Virus record (IMG/VR): IMGVR_UViG_3300017978_000329 | Coordinates: 1-26,929 of that record | Origin: a virus | Lineage: Duplodnaviria > Caudoviricetes | Length of the DNA: 26,929 bases | Direction: 5' to 3' (one strand) | Shown: piece by piece, positions 1-10,067 of the stretch | How the letters are laid out: each line of letters begins with the position of its first letter | Position numbering within the stretch: the first letter of the stretch is position 1 | The notes under the pieces: model-generated | Database searches by the model: none | Seen by the model: the letters and a program-made list of their open reading frames with translations, nothing else | Told to the model about the DNA's origin: nothing | Position numbers and translations under genes: made by a program

Positions 1-3000
1 AGCAACAAACTCTAACTTTAACTGGCGGCACACTAACCGCAGTAGTTGGAGATTTGATTACACAAACAGGAACAACTGGTTCGGGTCGTGTTAAAGAAGC
101 AGTGACCAGCGGTACAAGCGTAACACTATATGGTGTAACTGGTACATTTACAGAAGACAACGCCGCACAAACTATTCGTAAGAATGGTTCTGTGGTCACA
201 GGAGTTTATCCAAGTGGTCTAACTGCTGTTGCAGAAATTGTCGATAACTATTTCTTGAACAACGATACTAGCAGTCAGTTCTTATTATTAAGTGGTACAG
301 GATATAGTTTCACTAACGGTTCCACAATTACCAGTGCAATTGGTCTAGCACAAGGTGAAATTACAGAATATCGTGCAGGTGTACTGTATGGTCTAAACCT
401 AAGTAGTTTACTAGGCGGTAGTTTATATACTCCTACCAGCGGTAGTGCAACTTACACAGGTGTTGCATTAACCAACGTAAGCGGTAGTGGTACAGGTGCT
501 ACAGCAGATATCACTGTTACCAACGGTGCTGTCACTGACGTAACTATTGTCAGCGGTGGTTCTGGATATGCTAGTGGTAACGTATTAAGTGCAAGTGCAG
601 CCACAATTGGTGGTACAGGTAGTGGATTCCAAATAACTGCTAACCGTGCAGATACAAGATTGTATGTTGATTTAGTTGGAAGTAAAACTAAATTCAACGC
701 AACCTCTGCGGTCAACGATTATTTTGAAGACGATAACGCTCCTGTTGTAACCATAAGCGATCTTGCCGCATTTACTACATTTAGTTTTAGTGGAAATACA
801 GATATTAACACAGGTACTGGCAATATTATTTTAACCAGCCATGGATTAACCAACGGTGATATTCTACAGTACAGCAATCAGGGTAACACAAGTATTGGCG
901 GATTAACTAATAACCGTGCTTACTTTATTAAAGTTGTTAATTCAAATGCTGTTCAATTATACACTAACTATGCATTGAATCCTGCGGATCAAGTATTGTT
1001 AACAGCAACATCTACAGGCACGCATACTCTAACACGTAATACTGTAAGTATTGGTTCTACAAGTTTAAGTTTCCTATACAAAGCCGCACACGGATTTACC
1101 ACAGGCGACCCTGTGTATGTTGAAGGCTCAGACTTGCCAGCAGGTTTAACAGCCGATTCTTATTATTTTGTTGGTAGCGTAAGTACAAACACATTTACTT
1201 TACATACTGGTAGAACAAATGCACTAGCAAGTACTGGTGGTACAACTACTAGCAAAGTAACATTTACAGATGTAGGATCAAGTTCGGCTACACTGACAAA
1301 GCAAAACGTTGCATTTACATCAACAGTAAACAACAGTAGTAGATTATCTGCAAACTGGGGTACTGTCAGTGTAAGTAGTCTTGACGCAAGTAACATTGTA
1401 TCAGGCGTGTTTGCTACAAGTAGATTGGCCAGTGCAGGAACTGCTAACACACAAACATTCCTACGCGGCGACAGTAGTTTTGCATTTGCTGTTCAAGGTA
1501 TTCGTAAAAATAGTGACACAGCGATTAGTCTATCTGGCGACACATATACAGATGGCGGCAACACTATCTATTACAACATCCCAATCTTGGACGTTGACAA
1601 AGTAGATGGTGATGGTGGAACTCCTAACTTTACAAATCCAGGCGTATCATCATTTGACAAGAGTCAATTTGCAGTAGGCAAAGCAACAAATACTCCAGCA
1701 GATACTGGTAACGTAAGTATTAAACCAGGTGTTGTTGACGCTGGTTTCCTAGGCGGTCAGCCCGGAACATACTACACCAATCCAGATAACTTCAGCAAGG
1801 CTGTGCCAGTGCTTAAAGGTGGTACAGGTTTAACAACATACTTGCAGGGCGACATGTTGTATGCAGGCGCTGGCGGATCATTGACACAATTACCAATTGG
1901 TGGAGTAAGTAGTGTTTTAAGTTCAGACGGATCTATCCCTTCATGGACCACTAACTTAAACTTGGCTGGCGGTGTAACTGCTGGTAATGCATTGTTTAAT
2001 AGTGATGTAAACAGTACTAATAATACAAGTGGTAGTTTACAAGTACAAGGTGGTGCTGGAATTACCCGTAACTTATTTGTTGGTGGTAACTTAACTGTCG
2101 GCGGAGCAATTAGTTTCAACAGCAGTTTGAGTATTACTGGTGACAATGCTGTTATTACACTAAGTCCAGGTGGTACAGGTTCTGTAAGTATTCAGCCTGC
2201 CGGTATAACTACACTTGGTACACTTGGCGTACAAACAACATTAGTTGGTAACCTAAGTGCTACACAAAACCAGCAGATTATCAACTTTAGTCCTACTGGT
2301 ACAAACAGTGCAATCACAATTAACAGTGCTGGTAGCCTAACACTAGGTGCAGCCGCAGCCGGCGGAATCAGCGTTACTACAGATATTACCAGCACTGGTG
2401 ATATTGCAATCAACGGCGGTGATTTAACAACAACAGCAACAACATTTAACTTAGTTAATGCTAATGCAACTACAGTTAACATTGCTGGTGCAGGTACTGC
2501 CGTTGCAATTGGTGCTAGTGCTGTAGGTACAACGACTGTTAGAAATAACTTAACAGTCAACGGTGACTTGACCATTAGCGGTACTAACGCGACTCTAAGT
2601 GCTACAGCAGTTACTATTGCAGATAATGCTATTCAGTTAGCGCAACGTGCTACACCAACAAACGCTGTAGCAGACGGCGGCGGTATTATTCTAAAAGGAA
2701 CTACTGACCATACTATTCTATGGGACGTAACAAATACAAACTGGACATTGAACGAGCACGTTAATATTCCAACAGGTAAGTCTTATAAAGTCGACAACGT
2801 TGCAGTACTAAGTGCCACAGCGTTGGGTTCAACAGTTATAGGATCTAGTTTGACCAGCGTGGGTACATTAACTGGCGGTACATGGAATGCAAACGTAGTT
2901 GCAGGACAATACGGTGGTACAGGTGTTGCCAACACAGGTAGAACAATTACACTAGGTGGTAACTTAACCACTGCTGGATCGTTTAATACAACTATCACAG

Positions 3001-4247
3001 TATCAAATACTACAAACGTTACACTTCCAACAAGTGGTACGCTAATTGGTTCCAATGACACTGGCACTGTATCTACCAACATGTTGGCTGGAAGTATTCC
3101 TAACAACAAGTTGGCTAATAGCAGTATTACACTTAACGGCTCACTGGTCAACTTAGGTGATACTGTAACGGTTACTGCTAACTTGGCCAACAACTTGACC
3201 GTTGGCACAGGACTTGTTCTAGATAGCGGCACAACATTCAACGGTGGTTCTGCACGTACAATTAGTATTGCAACTTCTGTTGCTACATTAAGTGGTACAC
3301 AGACATTTACCAATAAGACATTTACTGATAGTTCAACATTGTTCCAAGACGACGTTGACAACACTAAGAAAATGGCATTTGATGTCAGCGGTGTAACTGC
3401 TAACACAACACGTACACTAACAGTTCCAAACGTAAGTGGTACGATTGTTACTACAGGAGACACTGGATCTGTTAGCAACACCATGTTAGCAGGCAGTATT
3501 GCTAATGCTAAACTAGCCAATAGTACAATTAGTGGTGTGGGCTTAGGTAGCAACTTGTTTAGTTTAACAGCAGGTTCATTCTTACAATGGACTGTTGGCA
3601 CAACTTATAACGGTAGTGCCGCAAGTACATTGGCTGTTAATGCAACTAACGCTAATACAGGTAGTACAGTTGTAGCACGTGACTCTAGTGGTAACTTTAG
3701 TGCTGGTACAATTACTGCTACATTGAGCGGTCTATCAAGTGCCGCAACTAACATTCGTGTAAGTGCTACAGATTATGCAGGTAACACAGCAAGTAGCGCA
3801 AACACAGTTGCTCTACGAGATGGGTCAAGTGACATTTATGCTAACTTGTTCCGTGGTACAGCAACAACAGCACGTTACGCTGACTTGGCAGAAAACTATT
3901 TAGGTGATGTTAAGTACGAAGCAGGAACTGTTGTTATGTTTGGCGGTGATGCTGAAGTAACATTGGCCGCAGACGGTACACGCCGTGTAGCAGGTGTTGT
4001 TTCTACTAACCCAGCACACTTGATGAACGAAGGACTACAAGGCGAAACTGTAGTTGCTCTAGCACTACAAGGTCGTGTACCATGTAAGGTCGCTGGTAAG
4101 ATCCGTAAAGGTGACATGCTAGTTGCCGCAGGCAATGGCTACGCTCGTGCAGAAGAAGATCCAAAGATGGGCCAAGTAATTGGTAAAGCATTGGAAGACT
4201 TTGATGGCGAAAGCGGAGTTATTGAAGTAGTGGTAGGACGTATGTAA
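1..4247 (+). CDS. Long tail fibre protein (5'-truncated by window edge) with C-terminal intramolecular chaperone/autoprocessing domain (peptidase G2-like)
   Basis: The frame is open from position 3 (QQTLTLTGG...), so the TTG at 54 is not the true start. The protein is Gly/Thr/Ser/Asn-rich with repeated modules. Its C-terminus ARYADLAENY...AGVVST.PA..MN...LALQGRVPCKV...GDMLV...IGKALE matches the AD(Y/L)AE chaperone family of phage fibres/spikes (phi29 gp12 type). Confidence 0.88.
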   Translation, partial: QQTLTLTGGTLTAVVGDLITQTGTTGSGRVKEAVTSGTSVTLYGVTGTFTEDNAAQTIRKNGSVVTGVYPSGLTAVAEIVDNYFLNNDTSSQFLLLSGTGYSFTNGSTITSAIGLAQGEITEYRAGVLYGLNLSSLLGGSLYTPTSGSATYTGVALTNVSGSGTGATADITVTNGAVTDVTIVSGGSGYASGNVLSASAATIGGTGSGFQITANRADTRLYVDLVGSKTKFNATSAVNDYFEDDNAPVVTISDLAAFTTFSFSGNTDINTGTGNIILTSHGLTNGDILQYSNQGNTSIGGLTNNRAYFIKVVNSNAVQLYTNYALNPADQVLLTATSTGTHTLTRNTVSIGSTSLSFLYKAAHGFTTGDPVYVEGSDLPAGLTADSYYFVGSVSTNTFTLHTGRTNALASTGGTTTSKVTFTDVGSSSATLTKQNVAFTSTVNNSSRLSANWGTVSVSSLDASNIVSGVFATSRLASAGTANTQTFLRGDSSFAFAVQGIRKNSDTAISLSGDTYTDGGNTIYYNIPILDVDKVDGDGGTPNFTNPGVSSFDKSQFAVGKATNTPADTGNVSIKPGVVDAGFLGGQPGTYYTNPDNFSKAVPVLKGGTGLTTYLQGDMLYAGAGGSLTQLPIGGVSSVLSSDGSIPSWTTNLNLAGGVTAGNALFNSDVNSTNNTSGSLQVQGGAGITRNLFVGGNLTVGGAISFNSSLSITGDNAVITLSPGGTGSVSIQPAGITTLGTLGVQTTLVGNLSATQNQQIINFSPTGTNSAITINSAGSLTLGAAAAGGISVTTDITSTGDIAINGGDLTTTATTFNLVNANATTVNIAGAGTAVAIGASAVGTTTVRNNLTVNGDLTISGTNATLSATAVTIADNAIQLAQRATPTNAVADGGGIILKGTTDHTILWDVTNTNWTLNEHVNIPTGKSYKVDNVAVLSATALGSTVIGSSLTSVGTLTGGTWNANVVAGQYGGTGVANTGRTITLGGNLTTAGSFNTTITVSNTTNVTLPTSGTLIGSNDTGTVSTNMLAGSIPNNKLANSSITLNGSLVNLGDTVTVTANLANNLTVGTGLVLDSGTTFNGGSARTISIATSVATLSGTQTFTNKTFTDSSTLFQDDVDNTKKMAFDVSGVTANTTRTLTVPNVSGTIVTTGDTGSVSNTMLAGSIANAKLANSTISGVGLGSNLFSLTAGSFLQWTVGTTYNGSAASTLAVNATNANTGSTVVARDSSGNFSAGTITATLSGLSSAATNIRVSATDYAGNTASSANTVALRDGSSDIYANLFRGTATTARYADLAENYLGDVKYEAGTVVMFGGDAEVTLAADGTRRVAGVVSTNPAHLMNEGLQGETVVALALQGRVPCKVAGKIRKGDMLVAAGNGYARAEEDPKMGQVIGKALEDFDGESGVIEVVVGRM

Positions 4248-4249
4248 AC

Positions 4250-4276
4250 AAAAATGCCCCGCAAGGGGCATTTTTT
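4250..4276. terminator. Bidirectional intrinsic terminator between convergent genes
   Basis: AAAAATGCCCC-GCAA-GGGGCATTTTTT: perfect stem, GNRA loop, A-tract and T-tract on opposite sides, between two converging stop codons. Confidence 0.93.
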
Positions 4277-4709
4277 ATATCAACTCAACTATATCAAAAA
4301 CTGTTTGAAGTTTTGTACGTATTGTTTTGTTACTAAAACTACTACGCAGACCTTGATGTAAAGGTTTAGGCGCACCGTCTACAGTACACCATGCCCATCC
4401 TTGATGCTCTGTGCTGAGTACAGGAATAAATTCTGATTCTATAACACAGAGATATGTATGAAAGTTAAAGACACTGTCGTTGCTGACAAATGTTTCTAAC
4501 GGGATAGTTTTTATAATAGCGGGAATCTGTCCTATTTCTTCTACAATTTCACGTTGAAGACCTTGCCATGCAGTTTCGCCTTCGATGTTTGTACCACCAA
4601 CAAGCCCCCATGTGCCGCGATGCTTGCCATGGGCTTTTTGTAAAAGAAGTATTTTCTTAGTGTGTTTGGCGTAGAACAATGCGCCACTACAAACAATCTG
4701 ATCTGTCAT
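4275..4709 (-). CDS. NUDIX (MutT-family) hydrolase
   Basis: Complete Nudix box GGTNIEGETAWQGLQREIVEEIG (GX5EX7REUXEEXG), preceded by WGL; EH..W.W downstream. Confidence 0.93.
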   Translation of the reverse strand: MTDQIVCSGALFYAKHTKKILLLQKAHGKHRGTWGLVGGTNIEGETAWQGLQREIVEEIGQIPAIIKTIPLETFVSNDSVFNFHTYLCVIESEFIPVLSTEHQGWAWCTVDGAPKPLHQGLRSSFSNKTIRTKLQTVFDIVELI

Positions 4710-4714
4710 AATCG

Positions 4715-4720
4715 TACTTA
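4715..4720 (-). promoter_or_regulatory. Putative late promoter (TAAGTA variant), leaderless configuration
   Basis: Minus strand reads acTAAGTA-cgatt-ATG: 5 nt before the NUDIX start, no SD. Confidence 0.5.
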
Positions 4721-4721
4721 G

Positions 4722-6083
4722 TTACAGTACAATTCTCCAGTTACCTTTCTGATATTCGCCTTCGAATGCTCGAGTCCAATCACCATCTTCGAACTTGTAT
4801 TGAACTCCGGTTCTAAGATTAGTAGTGTAGATTATTTGATCAATATCTGCAGAAGCCTGTGCAACTACCCACTGTGTGCCAGTCCATTCAATAATATCAT
4901 TGGCCTTGGCTGTAATATTGCCCCATGCTAATGTATTATTTTCTATGTCATTTAATATTAAATATCTGAGATTTTCTACAACAATACCTGGGTTATAAGT
5001 TTCTGGATCTATAATTGCATCCACATTAGTTCTAGTGATACCAGTTTGTGTACATAGAATAGGCGTGTTGGTGTTATAAGTGTCTTGATCAAAATTAATA
5101 ACCAATTTTGTTTCATCTGCGGGATTTAATGCCACAGTGCCAACAATATAATTTCCAGTTGCTTGCTCTAAGAAAATTTGTGTACTACCAGCCCTAAATT
5201 TTCCAGCATATTGATCTAGCAATATTCTCCAGTTTAAATCAGCACCATTTTTCTGCCACGCTGTGACAGCATCTTCATTTAATGTACTAAGTGCAGTTTT
5301 AGGATCTAATAATTCTGCATTATATTGTCCAGTATCAGTGTTATAGTAAACAAAAATATCAAACCCGCCTATATTGATTTTTTCTGTAACATCGATGTCG
5401 TAGTTTTGATCGTGTATGTTCATAATGATGTCATGAATTACACCTAACTTTTTAACCTTAGTAGGAGGACTAATATAAATTGGAGTTTCAAAAGTTATAG
5501 ATGCTACTTCGATATCACTGTCAACACCCACAGGAATATTTTTTGTACTGAATTGAATGTTAGTAATTTCTAAAACACTAATACTGGTCCAGTCTATATA
5601 GTTGTCTGATGTTTGTAATTCTAAACTAGGGTTAAACAACATTAAAATTTGTTCTAAAATTTGTAATTTTTGATCAGTACTAGTACTCCAAATATCAGCC
5701 TTGACAGTTAGTTTATACGGAGTAGGCATCAAACGTTCTACAGTATAACCGCTGCCTTGTGTAGGAGCATACTCGACAAAATTTCCACCACTGTCAAAAA
5801 TCTTTTCACGTTCTCTAATATGAATCTTACTAACGTGAGTAGAATCTGCTAGTCTAGTTTTATCCATGGCTAAATCACTGATATAAACAGCAATTCTAGG
5901 AGCACTGGGTATTTTGTTTTCAGAGTTTTCTCTAATAATGTTACTTACTTGTCTAGTTAAGTCGCCATACATTACAGGAACAGTAGTTTGTTTACCGTCT
6001 AGACTTTGATATCTAAACCCGCTTAACATTCGGACAATTTGTCCTACATATCTTCTTATTTGTCCGTCATAGAACCATTGCAT
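4722..6083 (-). CDS. gp15: Tail sheath stabiliser / tail terminator (T4 gp15-like) with C-terminal extension
   Basis: WFYDGQIRRY, VPVMYG, PRIAVYI, MPTPYKL, DQKLQILEQILMLFNP follow the gp15 family pattern; adjacent to the gp14-like gene. Confidence 0.85.
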   Translation of the reverse strand: MQWFYDGQIRRYVGQIVRMLSGFRYQSLDGKQTTVPVMYGDLTRQVSNIIRENSENKIPSAPRIAVYISDLAMDKTRLADSTHVSKIHIREREKIFDSGGNFVEYAPTQGSGYTVERLMPTPYKLTVKADIWSTSTDQKLQILEQILMLFNPSLELQTSDNYIDWTSISVLEITNIQFSTKNIPVGVDSDIEVASITFETPIYISPPTKVKKLGVIHDIIMNIHDQNYDIDVTEKINIGGFDIFVYYNTDTGQYNAELLDPKTALSTLNEDAVTAWQKNGADLNWRILLDQYAGKFRAGSTQIFLEQATGNYIVGTVALNPADETKLVINFDQDTYNTNTPILCTQTGITRTNVDAIIDPETYNPGIVVENLRYLILNDIENNTLAWGNITAKANDIIEWTGTQWVVAQASADIDQIIYTTNLRTGVQYKFEDGDWTRAFEGEYQKGNWRIVL

Positions 6084-6085
6084 AA

Positions 6086-7639
6086 TTAATTGTCCGCCGT
6101 TGGTTTAATTTTTCGTAGAGCCTTGGTTAGGCTTTGTCTTTGTTCGACTGTTTCGTCAAAGGCTGTCCATCGTATAATTGTACTTTCTAAAATCGGATGA
6201 TTAATTGTAAATGCTAAAAATCCCTGTTGTTCCGATATGCCGATGTCAGTGGCTTTACTAGATTCATCAAGCCATACTTCTACAAACATTTTTTCTTGAT
6301 AAACAACATCTGTTAGTACATAAATGGAGTTGCTACTAACAACACAATTAACAGTTCCTTTGTTAAGTTCAAACAATGGATTTCTGTTCTCGTCCAGCCT
6401 AATAACATCGCTTTTAATTTTAGAAATTCCGCTGAGACTATTGTTGTTAATAAATGAAGTCTTAAGTGTTTTACGATCGTCGGTGTTAGAAAGAGTCATG
6501 CGTACATTATCTTCTTGCTTGATCCATCTATTGCCATCCCATCTAAAAAGTCTGTTCGGCAAATAGTCTGTTCGTAAAAATGTATCACCGATAACAGGGC
6601 CCCGTGGAAATTGTATGCCAAATCCAAATTGACCTTCGGATGTGTTTGGAGGTATGCCATCGCTGATTAAATAGCCTTTGTACCCTTCTCTTACTGGAGT
6701 AGTTGACGTATTACTAATGTCGAATTGGCTGGCCACATTAGTACCAGTGTCTGAGGTTTCTACCGAAGATCTTCCTTGACTATCTACAGATAATGTATAA
6801 AAATGAGTTGTGTCGGAGCCGCTTAATTCTGCGTCAGATTCTGCTTCGGCAATTATGCCTGCATTAATCTGCATTTCTTTTTCATATGTACTAATTAAAT
6901 CTCGAACAGTTGTATCGTTGTAAAGACTCCATACTTGAGTATTTGGTGGCTCTAATGTTGTACCTTCAGCACCAACTGATGGCTTAACAACATACAAGGT
7001 TCCATTATGTCTTACTACTTCTCCAGCATGATAAGTTCTTTCTTCAGACCAGTCACCTGCAAACAATTCTTCATCTTCTGGTCGAGTTAAAATATCTTTA
7101 AATTCCTGACTGTCAACAATAGGTTTAAGTTTTAAACGATATAAATGTGGGTACCAAGTTGCTGAAAATCCTTCTGCGGCACGGTTAACATCTTCTACAA
7201 CATAGTATCGTTTCAGTGCAGATTTAAAGTCGTTCAATGCATACTCATCTTTTAAGTTAGGAAGTTCAATTACATCGCCACTCATTACTTTACGACCTAT
7301 TTGATCCACACTATTATTAATATGCACAGTTAAGAACACTGTATCATTTTGTAAAAACAATCCAAATTGACTTAGGTTAAAGTCGGTATCTTGAGTATTA
7401 TAAACACCACGTAATGTGTAAACGTCTGCATCGTATTTTCTATCACGATTTTCTAAAAACAAGACATCTTGAATAGTGGTTTCTCCCAGGGCTTTGTTGG
7501 GATCTGCAGGATCTGCAGGGCCTATGTACTTGTGTACAAAGACATCTACACCGCCCACTTGAAACATTTCGTAGACAGTGCGATCAATAAACTTGTAATC
7601 TGCGCCTTTTTGTGGGCGATAAAGTGATAAGCGTGGCAT
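6086..7639 (-). CDS. gp14: Neck protein (T4 gp14-like) with added C-terminal domains
   Basis: E...[43 protein letters not shown] follow the gp14 pattern. At 517 aa it is about twice the length of T4 gp14. Confidence 0.8.
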   Translation of the reverse strand: MPRLSLYRPQKGADYKFIDRTVYEMFQVGGVDVFVHKYIGPADPADPNKALGETTIQDVLFLENRDRKYDADVYTLRGVYNTQDTDFNLSQFGLFLQNDTVFLTVHINNSVDQIGRKVMSGDVIELPNLKDEYALNDFKSALKRYYVVEDVNRAAEGFSATWYPHLYRLKLKPIVDSQEFKDILTRPEDEELFAGDWSEERTYHAGEVVRHNGTLYVVKPSVGAEGTTLEPPNTQVWSLYNDTTVRDLISTYEKEMQINAGIIAEAESDAELSGSDTTHFYTLSVDSQGRSSVETSDTGTNVASQFDISNTSTTPVREGYKGYLISDGIPPNTSEGQFGFGIQFPRGPVIGDTFLRTDYLPNRLFRWDGNRWIKQEDNVRMTLSNTDDRKTLKTSFINNNSLSGISKIKSDVIRLDENRNPLFELNKGTVNCVVSSNSIYVLTDVVYQEKMFVEVWLDESSKATDIGISEQQGFLAFTINHPILESTIIRWTAFDETVEQRQSLTKALRKIKPTADN

Positions 7640-7646
7640 AGTATTA

Positions 7647-7666
7647 TATTTAGCGTACGATAAATA
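7647..7666. promoter_or_regulatory. Back-to-back divergent late promoters (TAAATA on each strand)
   Basis: TATTTA-gCGTACGa-TAAATA. The minus-strand TAAATA (7647-7652) faces gp14 and the plus-strand TAAATA (7661-7666) faces the fibre cassette. Resembles the T4 gp55 late promoter TATAAATA. Confidence 0.75.
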
Positions 7667-7697
7667 CTATCATAGAGCGCATTGGGACGAAAAAAAT

Positions 7698-10064
7698 ATG
7701 GCAAAACAAGTAATTAATATTGGCACAAGTGCTAATAGCAAAGACGGTGACATCATCCGCGATGCATTCAACAAAGTAAATCAAAATTTTGATGAATTGT
7801 ATGATGGTGCTGGTAGTGGAACAGCGTCATTTCCAGACCAAACTGGAAATGATGGAAAATTCCTAAAAACAAACGGAACTGATGTTACTTGGGCAACAGT
7901 TCCACCTGGAGAACAAGGCCCTACAGGACCACAAGGACCCACAGGTGCAACAGGACCAGCAGGACCTACAGGCAGTCAAGGACCAGTTGGACCAGGCGGC
8001 GCACAAGGCAGTACAGGGCCTACAGGACCAGCAGGACCTACCGGGCCATCAGGAGCAGATGGAGTTGACGGTGCACCTGGTGCAACAGGGCCAGCCGGTG
8101 CCACAGGACCACAGGGATTAACAGGACCCGCAGGCGCACAAGGCTCTCCTGGAGCAAAAGGTGACAAAGGTGATACTGGAGCACAAGGTGTATCAGTAAC
8201 ACTACAAGGTACTAAAGCATTACTAGCAGATTTGCCAACACCAGCAACTCCTAGTGATTATGCTGGACACGGGTGGATCGTCACAGAAGGTGGCGGCAAC
8301 TTATGGTTTTGGAATTTAACTGATGCTGCTTGGAACAACGTTGGTCCTATAGTTGGACCACAAGGTGATCAAGGACCACAAGGTCCAGCAGGCGCTGATG
8401 GCGCACAAGGACCAGCGGGCGCTGATGGAGCACCTGGCATAAATGGTGCAGATGGTGCAGATGGAGCACCTGGCGCTACAGGACCAGAAGGACCAGCAGG
8501 ACCCACAGGCCCGTCGGGAGCAGATGGTGCAGATGGAGCACAAGGACCACAAGGCGAACCAGGACCTGCAGGCGCAGACGGAGCACAAGGACCACAAGGC
8601 GAACCAGGACCTGCAGGCGCAGATGGAGCACCGGGTGTCGATGCCAATCCAGATGCTGTAGTCAACGGTTTACTCAACATTACACTTGATGCCAGCGGAG
8701 ACTTTATTCCTAGCACAGATATACTACAAGACTTAGGTAGTCCAACAAATAGGTTCCGCCACTTGTATGTTGGCCCAGGATCGGTTTACATTGGTAACAA
8801 TGTTATTACAGAATCGGCAACTGGTGGACTAGTTCTTCCAGGTGTTACTCGTGCTACAGGCTACTACGCAGATGAAGTCGAAGATAAAGATCGTTGGGGC
8901 AGTAATCCTGCTATTACGGGCACAGTCACCGTCATTGATGCTACTCGTTATCGAATATTAGCAGGACAGATTACTGCCAGTGCCAACTACTTACCAGCAA
9001 CTTATACTGCACAGAAAGATGGTAATCGTATTGATGAAATAGATGTCAGCAATGGCGGCAGTGGCTGGTCCAAAGCAGAAGCAGACTATGCTCGCGACAA
9101 CAATATGTATGTTACTAGTGTAGTAGGTGCTATTAGTAATTTTAACGCAGGCGATTGGGTACAGATTCCTTTTCGTGTAGAAATTAAAGCGGAAGATACT
9201 GAATATGAAGACATATTTGGCGGTGGAACTACACTACCATCACAGAGTGGTCAAGAGGGTAAGTTCTTAAGAACAGACGGTGAAGATTTAAGTTGGGTCG
9301 CTATAACAGGTGGTGAAGCCGACTTAGGCAACTTTAGCATTAACGGAAGCGAACTAAGTGCTGATTCAATGACTATTAAAACTGTCGACGGTGCATTAAC
9401 TATTCAGTCAGACAGTCATATATTTCTTGATGTGGCAGGCGCAACAAAACGATGGTCGTTTGCTAGTGGCGGCAATTTAACACTACCGCCAGGCGGGGAC
9501 ATTTTAGACAGCAATGGTTCTAGTGTATTAGGCGGCGCAGCCAATTTAGGTAACTTAAAGATTGAAAGTAGCACATTAGGAACCAAGGGCGCAGATAGTA
9601 ATAGTTGGGGCGACCATAATCTTTATCTTGATCCGGGCGGTGAGAGTCAAGCATACATTTTTATTCCTAGCCTTCAAAATCAAGATAGTGGCAGCACACT
9701 ACAGATTTATAACAAAGGCGATTCTACTAGTATCATAAGACTACAAGCACACGCCGGCGTTCACGTTGTTGTTAATAATGGCTCTGAAGAAAAAACGTTC
9801 GAGTTTGATAATCGAGGAGTTTTAAGACTACCAGAAGGTGGCGACATCGTCAACAGCAGTGGACAAAGTGTACTAGGTGGCGGATCAAACAGTTACACAC
9901 CTGACGACACAGACAACTGGGAAGACCCCGCAGTAAATACAATACAAGCAGCCTTAGACGAACTAGCGGCTCGAGTAACAGCACTACAGAATTTTGAAAT
10001 AGACGGCGGCAACGCCTACACACCAGCGGCTGGTGAATTACTAATAGACGGAAACGGAGCATAA
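7698..10064 (+). CDS. Collagen triple-helix virion fibre protein
   Basis: N-terminal [33 protein letters not shown] anchor motif (T4 gp9/gp10 N-terminus-like); two uninterrupted Gly-X-Y tracts; duplicated LP.Q.G..GKFL.T.G..W and F...G.L.LP.GGDI..S.G.SVLGG modules; C-terminal coiled coil and IDGG-type motifs. Confidence 0.88.
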   Translation: MAKQVINIGTSANSKDGDIIRDAFNKVNQNFDELYDGAGSGTASFPDQTGNDGKFLKTNGTDVTWATVPPGEQGPTGPQGPTGATGPAGPTGSQGPVGPGGAQGSTGPTGPAGPTGPSGADGVDGAPGATGPAGATGPQGLTGPAGAQGSPGAKGDKGDTGAQGVSVTLQGTKALLADLPTPATPSDYAGHGWIVTEGGGNLWFWNLTDAAWNNVGPIVGPQGDQGPQGPAGADGAQGPAGADGAPGINGADGADGAPGATGPEGPAGPTGPSGADGADGAQGPQGEPGPAGADGAQGPQGEPGPAGADGAPGVDANPDAVVNGLLNITLDASGDFIPSTDILQDLGSPTNRFRHLYVGPGSVYIGNNVITESATGGLVLPGVTRATGYYADEVEDKDRWGSNPAITGTVTVIDATRYRILAGQITASANYLPATYTAQKDGNRIDEIDVSNGGSGWSKAEADYARDNNMYVTSVVGAISNFNAGDWVQIPFRVEIKAEDTEYEDIFGGGTTLPSQSGQEGKFLRTDGEDLSWVAITGGEADLGNFSINGSELSADSMTIKTVDGALTIQSDSHIFLDVAGATKRWSFASGGNLTLPPGGDILDSNGSSVLGGAANLGNLKIESSTLGTKGADSNSWGDHNLYLDPGGESQAYIFIPSLQNQDSGSTLQIYNKGDSTSIIRLQAHAGVHVVVNNGSEEKTFEFDNRGVLRLPEGGDIVNSSGQSVLGGGSNSYTPDDTDNWEDPAVNTIQAALDELAARVTALQNFEIDGGNAYTPAAGELLIDGNGA
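7908..8186 (+). repeat. Collagen tract 1 (31 Gly-X-Y triplets)
   Basis: GEQ GPT GPQ ... GDT GAQ, counted from the translation. Confidence 0.95.
8355..8642 (+). repeat. Collagen tract 2 (32 Gly-X-Y triplets), containing a 45-nt tandem duplication at 8535-8624
   Basis: GPQ GDQ ... GAP GVD. The unit ggagcacaaggaccacaaggcgaaccaggacctgcaggcgcaga(c/t) occurs twice in tandem. Confidence 0.95.
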
Positions 10065-10067
10065 CAA

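Noticed and set aside
54-56. TTG start given by the ORF track
   Set aside because: The frame is open to the window edge, so the gene starts upstream.
452-4191. Several long minus-strand ORFs (up to 272 aa) opposite the tail fibre
   Set aside because: These are shadow ORFs produced by codon bias of a Gly/Thr/Asn-rich gene; they give Val/Pro/Leu-rich translations with no motifs or expression signals.
8535-8631. Tandem repeat as a possible CRISPR array
   Set aside because: It is a coding, in-frame repeat with no spacers.
7882-8716. Alternative-frame and antisense ORFs over the collagen tracts, some Gly-Pro rich
   Set aside because: A direct consequence of GGN-CCN periodicity, whose reverse complement also encodes Gly/Pro.
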